Shown here: one piece after another, positions 38,487 through 48,837 of the stretch
How the letters are laid out: every line of letters begins with the position of its first letter
Numbering within the stretch: the stretch's first letter is position 1
Made by a program: the position numbers and the translations under genes
Assembly: GCA_964464695.1 (NCBI GenBank)
Contig: CAYXKW010000005.1
Location: forward strand, 8,677 to 72,676
DNA length: 64,000 nucleotides
Direction: 5' to 3'
Source of the DNA: an uncultured Candidatus Saccharibacteria bacterium
Lineage (GTDB): Bacteria > Patescibacteriota > Minisyncoccia > Phycocordibacterales > UBA5272
Notes under the pieces: generated by a model
The model's input: only the letters and a program-made list of their open reading frames with translations
The model's database searches: none
Told to the model about the DNA's origin: nothing

Positions 38487-39557
38487 TTATTTAAAAAAGG
38501 AATTAATTTGATTATTAGTAAATTCTACTACATCTTCATTTTTTTCATAATAATTTTTATACCAATCAAAAGTAAGAGTTATTGTATCTCCAAAGCTAAC
38601 TCTTGGTTCCCAGCCCAGCTGACGAAACGTTTTATTGATATCTAACGTTAGCAGACCTGCCTCATGTTTACCTGTTGTATCAGGCTCAATTACATATAAA
38701 AATTCAGGGACAACTTTCTTTGTTTCTTTCAGTAAACTTTCAACACTTGCAAAATTAGTAGTGTGTGGACCAAAATTCCATGCCTGAGAAAGATCTATTT
38801 CATTTTCATGTAGCCGTTTAGCTAACATTAAATACCCCGATAATGGCTCAAGTACATGTTGCCAAGGTCGCACTGATTCAGGGTTTCTTATTTCAACACT
38901 ATTTTTATCATGATATATCGATCTAACAACATCAGGAATGAGTCGATAGTCTGACCAGTCGCCACCTCCTATAACATTTCCAGCGCGTGCAATAGCGACA
39001 AGTGTCGAATGCTTCGTGCCAAAATCTTTTGGATTAAAGAAAGATTGAAGATACGAGTTCGTGATAATATCTGCCGCTGCTTTACTTGCACTATAAGGAT
39101 CATACCCACCAAGAGGATCACTTTCGCGATATGGATAGTGCCATTCCTTATTTTCATACACCTTGTCTGTTGTGATGACCACAGCACTCTTTACACACTC
39201 AACTTCACGTATCGCTTCAAGAATATTTGTAGTCCCCATACAGTTTGTGGAAAAGGTTTTTACAGGATCCTTATAGCTAGTTCTTACAATTGGCTGAGCC
39301 GCTAGGTGAAAAACAATTTCTGGTTTTTCCTTTTCAAAAATCTTTTTCATTTCCTCTCCATCTCGAATATCAGTGAAATAATTAGTTACTTTTTTTTCAA
39401 TGCCGAGTGCATCAAAAATATTAGGAGTTGTGGCAGGACGAAGAGAAACACCAACTACATCTGCTCCCCAAGTAAGCAATATCTGAGTAAGCCACGACCC
39501 CTTAAATCCAGTATGGCCGGTAATAAGGATTTTTTTGTTTGTATAAAATTCTTTCAT
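38487..39557 (-). CDS. rfbG: CDP-glucose 4,6-dehydratase
   Basis: TGHTGFKGSWL, TTDKVY, DPYSASK, RPWQHVLEPL. Confidence 0.95.
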   Translation of the reverse strand: MKEFYTNKKILITGHTGFKGSWLTQILLTWGADVVGVSLRPATTPNIFDALGIEKKVTNYFTDIRDGEEMKKIFEKEKPEIVFHLAAQPIVRTSYKDPVKTFSTNCMGTTNILEAIREVECVKSAVVITTDKVYENKEWHYPYRESDPLGGYDPYSASKAAADIITNSYLQSFFNPKDFGTKHSTLVAIARAGNVIGGGDWSDYRLIPDVVRSIYHDKNSVEIRNPESVRPWQHVLEPLSGYLMLAKRLHENEIDLSQAWNFGPHTTNFASVESLLKETKKVVPEFLYVIEPDTTGKHEAGLLTLDINKTFRQLGWEPRVSFGDTITLTFDWYKNYYEKNEDVVEFTNNQINSFFK

Positions 39558-39778
39558 TACTATATTATATTTCGATTATATCCTTTATTACACTCGTTAA
39601 CAAACTTAAATTTTATATAAAATAGCATGTATTTACGGTAATCTATCCGAAACATAACCCTACGGAAAATATCTTTTACTCTCTTACTGTTGCCATTAGG
39701 AAACAAAAAGCCCAGAACAAAGTTCTGGGTAGTGGTCACAGTCTCTTGATGATACTGCAACACATTTAAAAGACTATT

Positions 39779-40318
39779 TTAGTCACACAAAAGAATTCCA
39801 TCAATCAGGTACTGTTTAACTCGACGGAGAATGTACTTATGGTGAGCAAGAGTATTGTCTGGCAGATCATCTAGTGAAAAAAAACTTGCCCCCTGCTGAT
39901 TAATAAAAACAGAGGTCAGATAAGCGATGTGTACCAAGGAACATTCCACACGAGTTGGATTACTATTTGGACCATCTTCCTCAATCCCTCTGTAAACGCC
40001 CATCCAACCAATAGGTTGAGGTTTAGTTACCGTCACACCGAAGTTTTTTGTCAGCTCACCCGAAACGAGCTTCTCCCGACGCTCAGGGATTGTTTCCCAA
40101 GCATTCCACACTGAGCCCGGATGGTGCCATCCTTTGAATTCAAAATCGTCCCTATACACAAGGAAAACTTCGTTTCTTTCATTAAGAACAATGAGCTCAA
40201 TCGGAACTGTTGGGAAAATCTTTACCAGTGCATGCCACAGGGAGCCACGGATATCAGTGCTAACTGCTTTTCCCAAAAGAGTCGTCAGTTGAAGTTTCTC
40301 TTCTTGGTTGAGAGCCAT
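39779..40318 (-). CDS. NUDIX-fold protein
   Basis: VPIELIV.NERNEVFLVYR....GWHHPG; degenerate Nudix box. Confidence 0.6.
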   Translation of the reverse strand: MALNQEEKLQLTTLLGKAVSTDIRGSLWHALVKIFPTVPIELIVLNERNEVFLVYRDDFEFKGWHHPGSVWNAWETIPERREKLVSGELTKNFGVTVTKPQPIGWMGVYRGIEEDGPNSNPTRVECSLVHIAYLTSVFINQQGASFFSLDDLPDNTLAHHKYILRRVKQYLIDGILLCD

Positions 40319-40559
40319 GTAGAACCTCTTTCAATAGTAAATAAAAAAAGAAAGACAGAGCCGAAAGCTCTCATTATTTATTATATAACAAATATAAGAT
40401 TTGTCAATTATCAACGCCCTTACCAAAACGCCTCGACAACTTTTTTGTTACATGATTACACATCCTCAAATTTGAGTTCTTAGTGAAGTTAATTCATTAT
40501 ATTTACTATGATATAATATCGAAATACACTAAGCGGTATCATTTAATACATTAATTACT

Positions 40560-41783
40560 ATGGCAAAAGCAAAACAAGCAAAATTACGAGTTCCTTATGG
40601 ATTTTCAGTACACGGACAAGAAGAGATTGATGCAGTGGTAGAAGTTTTACGTGGTAATACTGCTATCGGTGACAAAACAACTGAATTTGAAGCAAAGGTT
40701 GCTAAGATGTTCGGTAAAAAATTTGGCGTCATGGTTAACTCTGGCTCTTCTGCTAATCTTCTTGCATTTGAATTACTCAACCTTCCTAAAGGTTCTGAAG
40801 TAATAACCCCTGCTCTTACATTTGCAACTGTTGTTGCACCTATTGTTCAAAAAGGACTCATTCCTGTTTTTGTTGATGTTGACCCAACAACATACTTAGT
40901 AAATATCGAACAAGTAAAAAGTGCCATCACTAAAAAAACAAAAGCACTCATGATTCCTCTACTTATGGGGAATATCCCAAACATGAAGGAGCTTGCTGCG
41001 ATTGCAAAAAAACATAAACTTTTCTTTATCGAGGATTCGTGCGATACTCTTGGCGGAAAATTTGAAGGTAAACCTACTGGATTGCACTCTGACATCTCGG
41101 TGACTAGTTTTTATGGATCACATATAATTAATGGTGCAGGAGGAGGAGGAATGATCATGGTGAATGATCCAAAGTGGGAACAGCGACTTAAGGTTCTTCG
41201 TGGCTGGGGTCGTCAATCATCTCTCTATGGAGAGAAAGGTAATTCTGAACTTCTTAAGAATCGTTTCAATTATAAACTTGGAGGCATCCCTTACGATAAC
41301 AAATTTATTTTTAGTGAGGTTGGATACAATTTTCTTCCTCTTGAGATTTCTTCTGCATTTGCGCTTGCACAAATGAAACGACTCCCAGGTTTTTTGGAGA
41401 AAAGAAGAGTAAATTTTGAGAATCTTATGAGCTACATTGGGAGTAAGGATAAATACTTTATACTACCGACGCAGACACCAGATACAGAAACTGCGTGGTT
41501 AGCATTTCCTATTATCATTAAACCAAAGTCCCCTTTCACAAGACTTGAAATTGTAACGTATCTTGAGGAAGCAAACATTCAAACACGTCCAGTTTTTGCT
41601 GGTAATATTCTTAAGCAACCAGGATATCGTAAAATAGAAAATAGAAAAATTAGTGCGGCATTTCCAAATACAGACACCATCATGAAAAATGCTTTTGTGT
41701 TGGCATGTCACCATGGACTAGATGAGCACCAAATCAAGTACGTGCAAGATACAATGGATACATTTCTTGCAAAGTATAAATAA
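40560..41783 (+). CDS. DegT/DnrJ-family NDP-4-keto-6-deoxysugar 3-dehydratase (RfbH/DdhC- or ColD-like)
   Basis: NSGSSANL, EDSCD, SFYGSH (His in place of the PLP Lys), GWGR, GYN. Confidence 0.85.
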   Translation: MAKAKQAKLRVPYGFSVHGQEEIDAVVEVLRGNTAIGDKTTEFEAKVAKMFGKKFGVMVNSGSSANLLAFELLNLPKGSEVITPALTFATVVAPIVQKGLIPVFVDVDPTTYLVNIEQVKSAITKKTKALMIPLLMGNIPNMKELAAIAKKHKLFFIEDSCDTLGGKFEGKPTGLHSDISVTSFYGSHIINGAGGGGMIMVNDPKWEQRLKVLRGWGRQSSLYGEKGNSELLKNRFNYKLGGIPYDNKFIFSEVGYNFLPLEISSAFALAQMKRLPGFLEKRRVNFENLMSYIGSKDKYFILPTQTPDTETAWLAFPIIIKPKSPFTRLEIVTYLEEANIQTRPVFAGNILKQPGYRKIENRKISAAFPNTDTIMKNAFVLACHHGLDEHQIKYVQDTMDTFLAKYK

Positions 41784-41850
41784 CAAATAAAGTAACAGTG
41801 GTGAAATAGTAAGAAAAAGCACATAACCAATTCTTACAAATTAAATACTC

Positions 41851-43146
41851 ATGAAGTACTCCGAAATCACAAACTACGTACGTGAAAAAATAAAACACCC
41901 AGGAGTACAAAAACACACCAAAAACATGGGGTGGATGTTTTTTGCAAAAATTGCAAGTATGATTATTGCATTTATTGCAACTGCATATATCGCAAGAAAT
42001 CTTGGGCCAACAAATTATGGAGAACTAAGTTACGCAATTAGCTTTGTTGGCATTTTTTCATTCCTTGCTTCTCTTGGTGTTGAACAAATCTTATACCGTG
42101 ACGCAATACGTAATCCGGAAAAAAGAGATGTGTACCTCGGCAGCGCAATCGCTTTACGTATTATTACATCACTAGCAACAGCATTACTGTGTGTCTTAGT
42201 TGCGCTCCTAGTGTCCCCTAAAGATGTTTCACTTCTGCTTATTATTATAATAAGTATGACGTTTGTAAGTGGATCGTTTGGTCTCCTTACAACTGAATTT
42301 CAGGCGGATGCACAATCGAAATATCCATCAATTTTTTCAATCTTTATAGTTATTGTTTTAAATCTTTTAAAAATACTGGTTATTTACTTTGATAAAGGTG
42401 TCATTTATTTAGCAGGGGTAATACTTCTTGAACCGATTCTCTACTCAGCAATGTTTATGTATCTCCGTTCAAAATTTTACGGGAGCCTGCAAAACCTTAG
42501 CTTCGATAAAGGGATAGCTATTCAACTTTTAAAAGATTCTTACCCACTTATATTTGCTTCTGCATTCTTTTTAATTTATGCAAGGATTGACCAAGTAATG
42601 ATTAAAAACATGATGGGAGCTCAATATGTAGGGCTATATGATGCAGCGGTTAGAATGTCAGAAATTTCATATTTTATTCCAAATATAATTGTTGCAGCAC
42701 TGTTTCCAGCAATAATAAATGCTAAAAAAATATCGGACACATTGTACTTTAAAAGACTCAAGAAAATACTTATTTTACTACTTGTGGTATCAGCTGGAAT
42801 TGCTTGTGTAACAGCACTCCTATCTAAATACTTTACACTAATCATCTTTGGTACAAAATTTTTAGAAACAGTACCTATCCTAGAGATTTACGTATGGAGC
42901 AATATAGGCGCTGCGCTTAATCTACTTATTCAACAAATTCTTATTGCTGAAAATTTTACCAAAAAAGTTACTTTAACAATCTTTTTTGGTATGGCAATCA
43001 ACGTAATACTTAACTTTATTTTTATACCTCGTTTCGGTATGGCTGGCGCTGCATATGCAAGTCTCATCTCGTATTTCATTCCTTTTCTTACACTGTTTAT
43101 GTTCAAGAATACTAGATTCCTCTTTATTAATATACTAAAAAGTTAG
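41851..43146 (+). CDS. wzx: oligosaccharide flippase
   Basis: ARNLGP.NYG, about 12 TMs, RIDQVMI, VGLY. Confidence 0.9.
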   Translation: MKYSEITNYVREKIKHPGVQKHTKNMGWMFFAKIASMIIAFIATAYIARNLGPTNYGELSYAISFVGIFSFLASLGVEQILYRDAIRNPEKRDVYLGSAIALRIITSLATALLCVLVALLVSPKDVSLLLIIIISMTFVSGSFGLLTTEFQADAQSKYPSIFSIFIVIVLNLLKILVIYFDKGVIYLAGVILLEPILYSAMFMYLRSKFYGSLQNLSFDKGIAIQLLKDSYPLIFASAFFLIYARIDQVMIKNMMGAQYVGLYDAAVRMSEISYFIPNIIVAALFPAIINAKKISDTLYFKRLKKILILLLVVSAGIACVTALLSKYFTLIIFGTKFLETVPILEIYVWSNIGAALNLLIQQILIAENFTKKVTLTIFFGMAINVILNFIFIPRFGMAGAAYASLISYFIPFLTLFMFKNTRFLFINILKS

Positions 43147-43212
43147 AACAGTAGCCTTCAACGCTTTTACCTCTTGCTAAAAAGAAATATACCATCCTAA
43201 TCATTACCATTC

Positions 43213-44184
43213 ATGAAAACTCCTCTTCTAACAATAAGTATTCCAACATATAACAGGGCACATTATCTAGAAGACTGCCTTAACAGTATTAATATTCAAC
43301 TTGACCGTCACAAAGAACTGCAAGACATAGTCGAGGTTGTTATATCGGATAACGCAAGCACAGATTCTACTAAAGAAGTTGCAGAGAAGTACAGAGATAG
43401 TTTTAAAAATTTTGTTTATATTGTAAATGAAAAGAATCTTGGTTTCGATTTAAATATCTTCAACGTCGTAAAGAACTCATCTGGTGTTTATTGTTGGTAT
43501 CTGGCGGACGATGACGTTTTAATTAATGGATCAATTGATTACATAATTGAAAAACTACAGTCAAATAAATATGACGTAATCACCATGGGTTCATCACCAG
43601 TAACCGAAGCTGATTATAGAGTTCGTAAAACATTTAACAATAACGATATACATGAGACAAAAAATGCAGATGAGTTTTTTCATGGTAACCATAACCTAGG
43701 AGGAGTCAGTAACCTACTTTTTAATCGAGAGTCATGGATGAAGTCTGTTGATGTTGAAAACCATCTTCCATACTGGTTATATAACGAAACAGTCCTAAAA
43801 ATATTCACAATGACTGACAAAAAAATGCTCAATGTCTTGCAAACGTTAATTTATACTGGTCAGGATTGTAGATGGTCAGAAAATGGAGCAGAACTTTTTA
43901 CATTTATAAACTCAAATCTAATGCTAGAAAGAGTCTCTCATCTCGGATTTGATAAAAAAAGAATTGATTCTATTTTAGAGAAAAATAGAAAATTAATCCC
44001 TATAATTCTTTTACGCGCTAAAGGACATGGTTTAGATTGTAATTTTAAGAACTTAGATTATATTTATAAAAATTTAAGTAAAGTAGGGATACTTTATTTG
44101 TCTATAGCCACAATACTATACTTTATTCCAAATAAAATCATAATACTTATTCGTGATCTTAGAAAAAAAATGAAGAAATGGTAA
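43213..44184 (+). CDS. glycosyltransferase family 2 (dideoxyhexosyltransferase-like)
   Basis: ISIPTYNR, SDNASTD, NLGFD.N, LADDD. Confidence 0.88.
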   Translation: MKTPLLTISIPTYNRAHYLEDCLNSINIQLDRHKELQDIVEVVISDNASTDSTKEVAEKYRDSFKNFVYIVNEKNLGFDLNIFNVVKNSSGVYCWYLADDDVLINGSIDYIIEKLQSNKYDVITMGSSPVTEADYRVRKTFNNNDIHETKNADEFFHGNHNLGGVSNLLFNRESWMKSVDVENHLPYWLYNETVLKIFTMTDKKMLNVLQTLIYTGQDCRWSENGAELFTFINSNLMLERVSHLGFDKKRIDSILEKNRKLIPIILLRAKGHGLDCNFKNLDYIYKNLSKVGILYLSIATILYFIPNKIIILIRDLRKKMKKW

Positions 44185-44292
44185 TGTTTTTTAATTTTAT
44201 AGATACCTAAAAAACCTCTATTTTTTAAATATGCTGATGAAAAAAATATGTTATAATTTAGTTATTATTATCACTATTTCTTTGTAATTTCC

Positions 44293-45216
44293 ATGCAAAA
44301 ATTCTCATCAAAAATAAGAGGTATCACTCGTGGGATTAAACAAAGACTTTTCTATATCAGAAATGCTAAGTATGGATTTAGCTTTATATTCCTCCTCCCT
44401 GGATCCTTGCGTGAAAAATTTGGAGACAATACATTCTTTAGAACATTAATTAAAAACAATAAAAATATACACTTAAGAAAATCAGGTAGCTCCATGTTAC
44501 TCCAAGCAGGTAATTTTACTTTACGATTCCCGAAAGGTTGTTTCTATGAAACTGATTTTTTTGACATATTATACCCTAGGCTACATCTTAAAGACGACCT
44601 CATCGAGAATATTGTTTATAAAAATCCATTTTATGTGTCTGAGGGTTCATACGAAAAATTTGGAGTAAGGCTTTCACCTGATGATTTTGTTCTTGATGCT
44701 GGTGCAAATATTGGTATGTTTTCAGTATTAGCCAGTAGCGTTGTTGGCGAACATGGCAAAATTTTTGCATTTGAACCACTTAAAGAAATTAGTGATGTCC
44801 TTGAAGAAAATAATTCTAAAAATAATTGTAATAATATAATTATTGAAAATAAAATACTGGGAGAAAAAAATAAAACAGTGGAATTTTATTATAATCTTGA
44901 CTCAAATTATAATGCAGCTTCAAAAACATTAAAACACGATGGTGACAAAGTTGTTTCATTAGAGCAAGTAACTTTAGACGAGTACGTTATGAAAAATAAT
45001 ATTAAAAAAATAAATTTCATTAAAGCAGACATAGAAGGAGCAGAGAGAGACCTCCTTAAAGGTGCAGAAAAAACCATAAAGGAATTTAAACCAAAACTCG
45101 CAATCAGGACGTATCATCTTCCAGATGACCCTGAAGTGCTCTATAACATAGTAAGGAGTTATGTGCCAGAGTACAATATTAAGCTAGACAATAAAACATT
45201 ATACGCATGGATGTAA
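44293..45216 (+). CDS. FkbM family methyltransferase
   Basis: DAGANIG, AFEP, IKADIEGAE. Confidence 0.92.
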   Translation: MQKFSSKIRGITRGIKQRLFYIRNAKYGFSFIFLLPGSLREKFGDNTFFRTLIKNNKNIHLRKSGSSMLLQAGNFTLRFPKGCFYETDFFDILYPRLHLKDDLIENIVYKNPFYVSEGSYEKFGVRLSPDDFVLDAGANIGMFSVLASSVVGEHGKIFAFEPLKEISDVLEENNSKNNCNNIIIENKILGEKNKTVEFYYNLDSNYNAASKTLKHDGDKVVSLEQVTLDEYVMKNNIKKINFIKADIEGAERDLLKGAEKTIKEFKPKLAIRTYHLPDDPEVLYNIVRSYVPEYNIKLDNKTLYAWM

Positions 45217-46190
45217 CCAAAAAAAACCAAAAAATTATTGCTCTTATCCCTTTTAGAAATGAAGAGTGGATTTTGAAGGAGTTTATTTCTTCAGTTAAGA
45301 AAATAACTCCTAACATAGTTGCGTACGACGACGGATCTACTGACGGAGGAACTGCACTGCTACAAGATGCAGGTGCAACAATTTTAAAAAAGAGTTTTGA
45401 AGTAAAGTCAGGTTGGGCTGAACATAATATACGTCAAATACTTTTAACTGAGGGGAGGAAGCTCGGCGGTACGCATTTTATATGTCTAGACGCTGATGAA
45501 ATTTTTTCAAATAACTTCTATAAACATGCTGAAAAAACCATTCTGTCTTTACTTCCAGGACAAAGTTTATGGATGGACTGGGTAACATTATACAGAGACA
45601 TACACACGGAGAGAATTGATGGTGTTTATAAAAATATTAATAAGAATTTTATTTTTTGTGATGATAAAGACATTGAATTTACCTATGCATTTCTAGGGGT
45701 TAGTAGAACCCCTGGGGACCTTCGTAATAAATGTACGGTTGGCAGAAATATTGGTTCAGTGATACATTACCAATATCTAAATATCGACAGATCGGCAATG
45801 AAACGTGTTTGGTATATGTGTTCGGAACATATACAAAATATTAGGACACCTCTGAGAATTAATACTACCTATGATATACAGAAAGACAGGGATACAATTC
45901 TAACCCAAGGAATAGACAACGATGCGGCTTTTAATATTGTTGATAAGACAATTTCCGAATATAAACAGCAAGAAGACTGGAGATTCAAAACATTACTTGA
46001 GTGGTTTGAAAAATATGGTATTGAATTTTTTGAGCCACTTGATATATGGGAAATAGATTATTTTAAAAAGTTATTCAAAGAAAAAACAGGAAGAGACCCA
46101 GAGCCATCTGTTCTCCCCCCTTGGCTTTTGTACGTAAATGACATTAAGAATAAAATAAAGGTATCTCTCTATTACATAAGAGGTAAATAA
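45207..46190 (+). CDS. glycosyltransferase family 2
   Basis: RNEE, YDDGSTD, CLDADE. Confidence 0.85.
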   Translation: MDVTKKNQKIIALIPFRNEEWILKEFISSVKKITPNIVAYDDGSTDGGTALLQDAGATILKKSFEVKSGWAEHNIRQILLTEGRKLGGTHFICLDADEIFSNNFYKHAEKTILSLLPGQSLWMDWVTLYRDIHTERIDGVYKNINKNFIFCDDKDIEFTYAFLGVSRTPGDLRNKCTVGRNIGSVIHYQYLNIDRSAMKRVWYMCSEHIQNIRTPLRINTTYDIQKDRDTILTQGIDNDAAFNIVDKTISEYKQQEDWRFKTLLEWFEKYGIEFFEPLDIWEIDYFKKLFKEKTGRDPEPSVLPPWLLYVNDIKNKIKVSLYYIRGK

Positions 46191-46203
46191 ATGCACTTAA
46201 CTC

Positions 46204-47124
46204 ATGGAAATATTTTCTAACTTTAAAAAAAATGTCCCTCTTCCAGTGCGTATACATGTTGGACCAATTGTTGCATATTTTTTCTACAAATATCATACGC
46301 GCATACGAAAAAATCCATTTTCACCAAAAATTCTTTCAATTGAGGAAACTCTTGATCTGCTCCATGAAAAGAGTCTCTCTGCTATTCGTTTCGGAGATGG
46401 TGAAATATCCATCATTGGTAAGATAAGTCTTTCGTTTCAAAAAAGTAATACCAAACTTGCTGAGGAACTTAAGAAAATCATCCAAGTAAACGACCCTAAA
46501 CTTCTCATTTGTATATTAAATATTTGGGATAAAAGAATACATGAACTGGAGAAACATGTGTACACTTTTGAACTCCATCACTTTTTGAAGTATCGAACTA
46601 TTTGGACTTCATTACTTTCTTTAACTCAGACCTACGGAGATGCTTTCATAACCAGACCATACATCACCCTGAAAGACAAAGATAGAGCAAGTAGTATCTT
46701 CAAGAAACTAAAATTACTCTGGCATAACAAGGAGGTTGTTTTAATTGAAGGTGAAAAAGCAAGAAGTGGTGTAGGTAATGATTTATTTTCCGAGACCGCT
46801 TCATTAGAAAGGATACTCTGTCCCTCGGAGGATGCTTTTGAAAAATATAATGAAATTAAAGAAATCTGCTTAAAAATAAATAAGGGTAAACTTATTCTTA
46901 TATCTCTTGGCCCAACAGCAAAACCTCTTGCGTATGAACTTTTCCTTGCTGGCTACAGAGTTATTGATATTGGCCACACTGATATGGAGTACGAAATGTA
47001 CATTCGAAAAGAGTCCAAAATAACAAAAGTTCCATATAAATATTTTAACGAAATAAATGAGAGGAATCCAGAAGACTGTAGTGACGAAACATATCTTAGC
47101 CAGATAATTGCAAAAATAACCTAA
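46204..47124 (+). CDS. GT-D fold glycosyltransferase (DUF1792/SP_1767-like)
   Basis: RFGDGE, TRPY, GVGNDLF, LGPTAK, DIGH.D.EY. Confidence 0.88.
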   Translation: MEIFSNFKKNVPLPVRIHVGPIVAYFFYKYHTRIRKNPFSPKILSIEETLDLLHEKSLSAIRFGDGEISIIGKISLSFQKSNTKLAEELKKIIQVNDPKLLICILNIWDKRIHELEKHVYTFELHHFLKYRTIWTSLLSLTQTYGDAFITRPYITLKDKDRASSIFKKLKLLWHNKEVVLIEGEKARSGVGNDLFSETASLERILCPSEDAFEKYNEIKEICLKINKGKLILISLGPTAKPLAYELFLAGYRVIDIGHTDMEYEMYIRKESKITKVPYKYFNEINERNPEDCSDETYLSQIIAKIT

Positions 47125-47177
47125 AAGTTCATTAAATGTTATAATTATCTATACTTTAATAAATTCGAAATAAACAC

Positions 47178-48041
47178 ATGAAATATCTAGTCTTAGGATC
47201 CAGTGGTCAAATTGGTGAAGCGCTTGTCTCACAAATCAGAAAAAATAAGGAGCATCAGGTATTCGAATTTGATTTAGAAAATTCTCCAACAGAAGACTTA
47301 AGAACATATAAAAATGAATTGCTTGAAAAGCTCGTCCAAGATGTAGACTTTGTATTCTTTTTAGCGTTTGATGTCGGAGGATCAAGATATTTAGCTACAT
47401 ATCAGAATACATATGATTTTGTTTCAAATAATATGAAAATAATGGACAGAACTTTTGATGTTCTCAAAAAAAATAATAAACCATTTATTTTTGCCTCAAG
47501 CCAAATGGCAAACATGTCATACTCAAGTTATGGTCTCTTAAAATCAATTGGTGAGAAGACTACGGAGATCCTTGGTGGGATTGTTGTAAAATTTTGGAAT
47601 GTCTACGGCCTAGAGCATGATAAAAATAAATTTCATGTGATTACAGATCTCATCATTAAAGCTGCTTCAACTGGCAATATTAATTTAATGACAGACGGAA
47701 CAGAAGAAAGACAGTTTCTATACGCTGAAGACTGCAGTGAATGTCTGTTAACCCTCTCCTCTCAGTATCGAAACATCCCAAGAACTGAAGAACTTCATGT
47801 TACTAATTTTAAGTGGACAAACATTCTTGAAGTAGCCACTATTATTGCATCACATTTCCCAAATTCAATAATTACCCCAGCCACTTCAAAAGATGAAGTG
47901 CAGAAGAACAAGAGAAATGAACCAAATACATCGATCCTAAATTACTGGAAGCCAAAAACAAACATAGAGGATGGAATTTCATCTATTGTCGCTGAAATGA
48001 AAAAACATCCTGCGAAATATCCTGGAATGCCATTAAATTAA
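47178..48041 (+). CDS. NAD-dependent sugar epimerase/dehydratase
   Basis: GSSGQIG, YGLLK, FWNVYG, RQFLY. Confidence 0.82.
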   Translation: MKYLVLGSSGQIGEALVSQIRKNKEHQVFEFDLENSPTEDLRTYKNELLEKLVQDVDFVFFLAFDVGGSRYLATYQNTYDFVSNNMKIMDRTFDVLKKNNKPFIFASSQMANMSYSSYGLLKSIGEKTTEILGGIVVKFWNVYGLEHDKNKFHVITDLIIKAASTGNINLMTDGTEERQFLYAEDCSECLLTLSSQYRNIPRTEELHVTNFKWTNILEVATIIASHFPNSIITPATSKDEVQKNKRNEPNTSILNYWKPKTNIEDGISSIVAEMKKHPAKYPGMPLN

Positions 48042-48069
48042 AAGCAAAACTTTAACGTAAAAGATCCTT

Positions 48070-48828
48070 ATGAAAATAACTAATGCATTGAAAGCATCAA
48101 AATATTACCAATTGCGTGTAATGATTGAATCTTTAATTGAGAATACTATAGGATCTTTTTTGTTCCAGTATCAAAAAAAAGATAACATGTTTAATTGGTT
48201 CTATAATAGTTTAAAGTATCAATTAGACAATCAACTTTACTCTCCACGATTTAATTACTATGAATTTGGGGTGGCGAGTGGTGGCTCAATGAAAATCTAC
48301 ATACTGGCATTAAAGAAGTTTTGTAAGGACCACAACCAAGATATCACCAAGTATCACATCTATGGTTTTGATAGTTTTTCAGGACTTCCAGAGGGAACAC
48401 AAGAAGACGTGCGAGCAGATTGGGCTAAAGGTAATTTTAGTTACGGAAAAGAAATTGTCATGAGCATGATCAAGTCTACAGGATTTCCAGTGAATAATGT
48501 CCACCTTGTTGAAGGGTTTTTTGAAGATACATTAACAAATAAACTAAGAGATACTTGCTCAAAACATGTACCATCAATTATAAATATGGATGCTGACTTC
48601 CACTCATCTACAGTAGCGGCATTTGCTTGGCTTCAACCTATGCTTGCAAGTGGGGCATTGTTTAGATTTGATGACATTTGGGCATTTTATGGGCACCCTG
48701 AAAAAGGAGAAATTAAAGCAATTAATGATTTTAATGAATTGAAAAATGGAACTCTTACACAATTTCCTATTCTTGGATTAGCAAGTTACGTATACATATA
48801 TGCTAAAAGAGATTTTGAATACATATAA
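48070..48828 (+). CDS. TylF/MycF family O-methyltransferase
   Basis: EFGV..G, GFDSFSGLP, GFFEDTL, DAD, FDD. Confidence 0.85.
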   Translation: MKITNALKASKYYQLRVMIESLIENTIGSFLFQYQKKDNMFNWFYNSLKYQLDNQLYSPRFNYYEFGVASGGSMKIYILALKKFCKDHNQDITKYHIYGFDSFSGLPEGTQEDVRADWAKGNFSYGKEIVMSMIKSTGFPVNNVHLVEGFFEDTLTNKLRDTCSKHVPSIINMDADFHSSTVAAFAWLQPMLASGALFRFDDIWAFYGHPEKGEIKAINDFNELKNGTLTQFPILGLASYVYIYAKRDFEYI

Positions 48829-48837
48829 TAAAGTATA

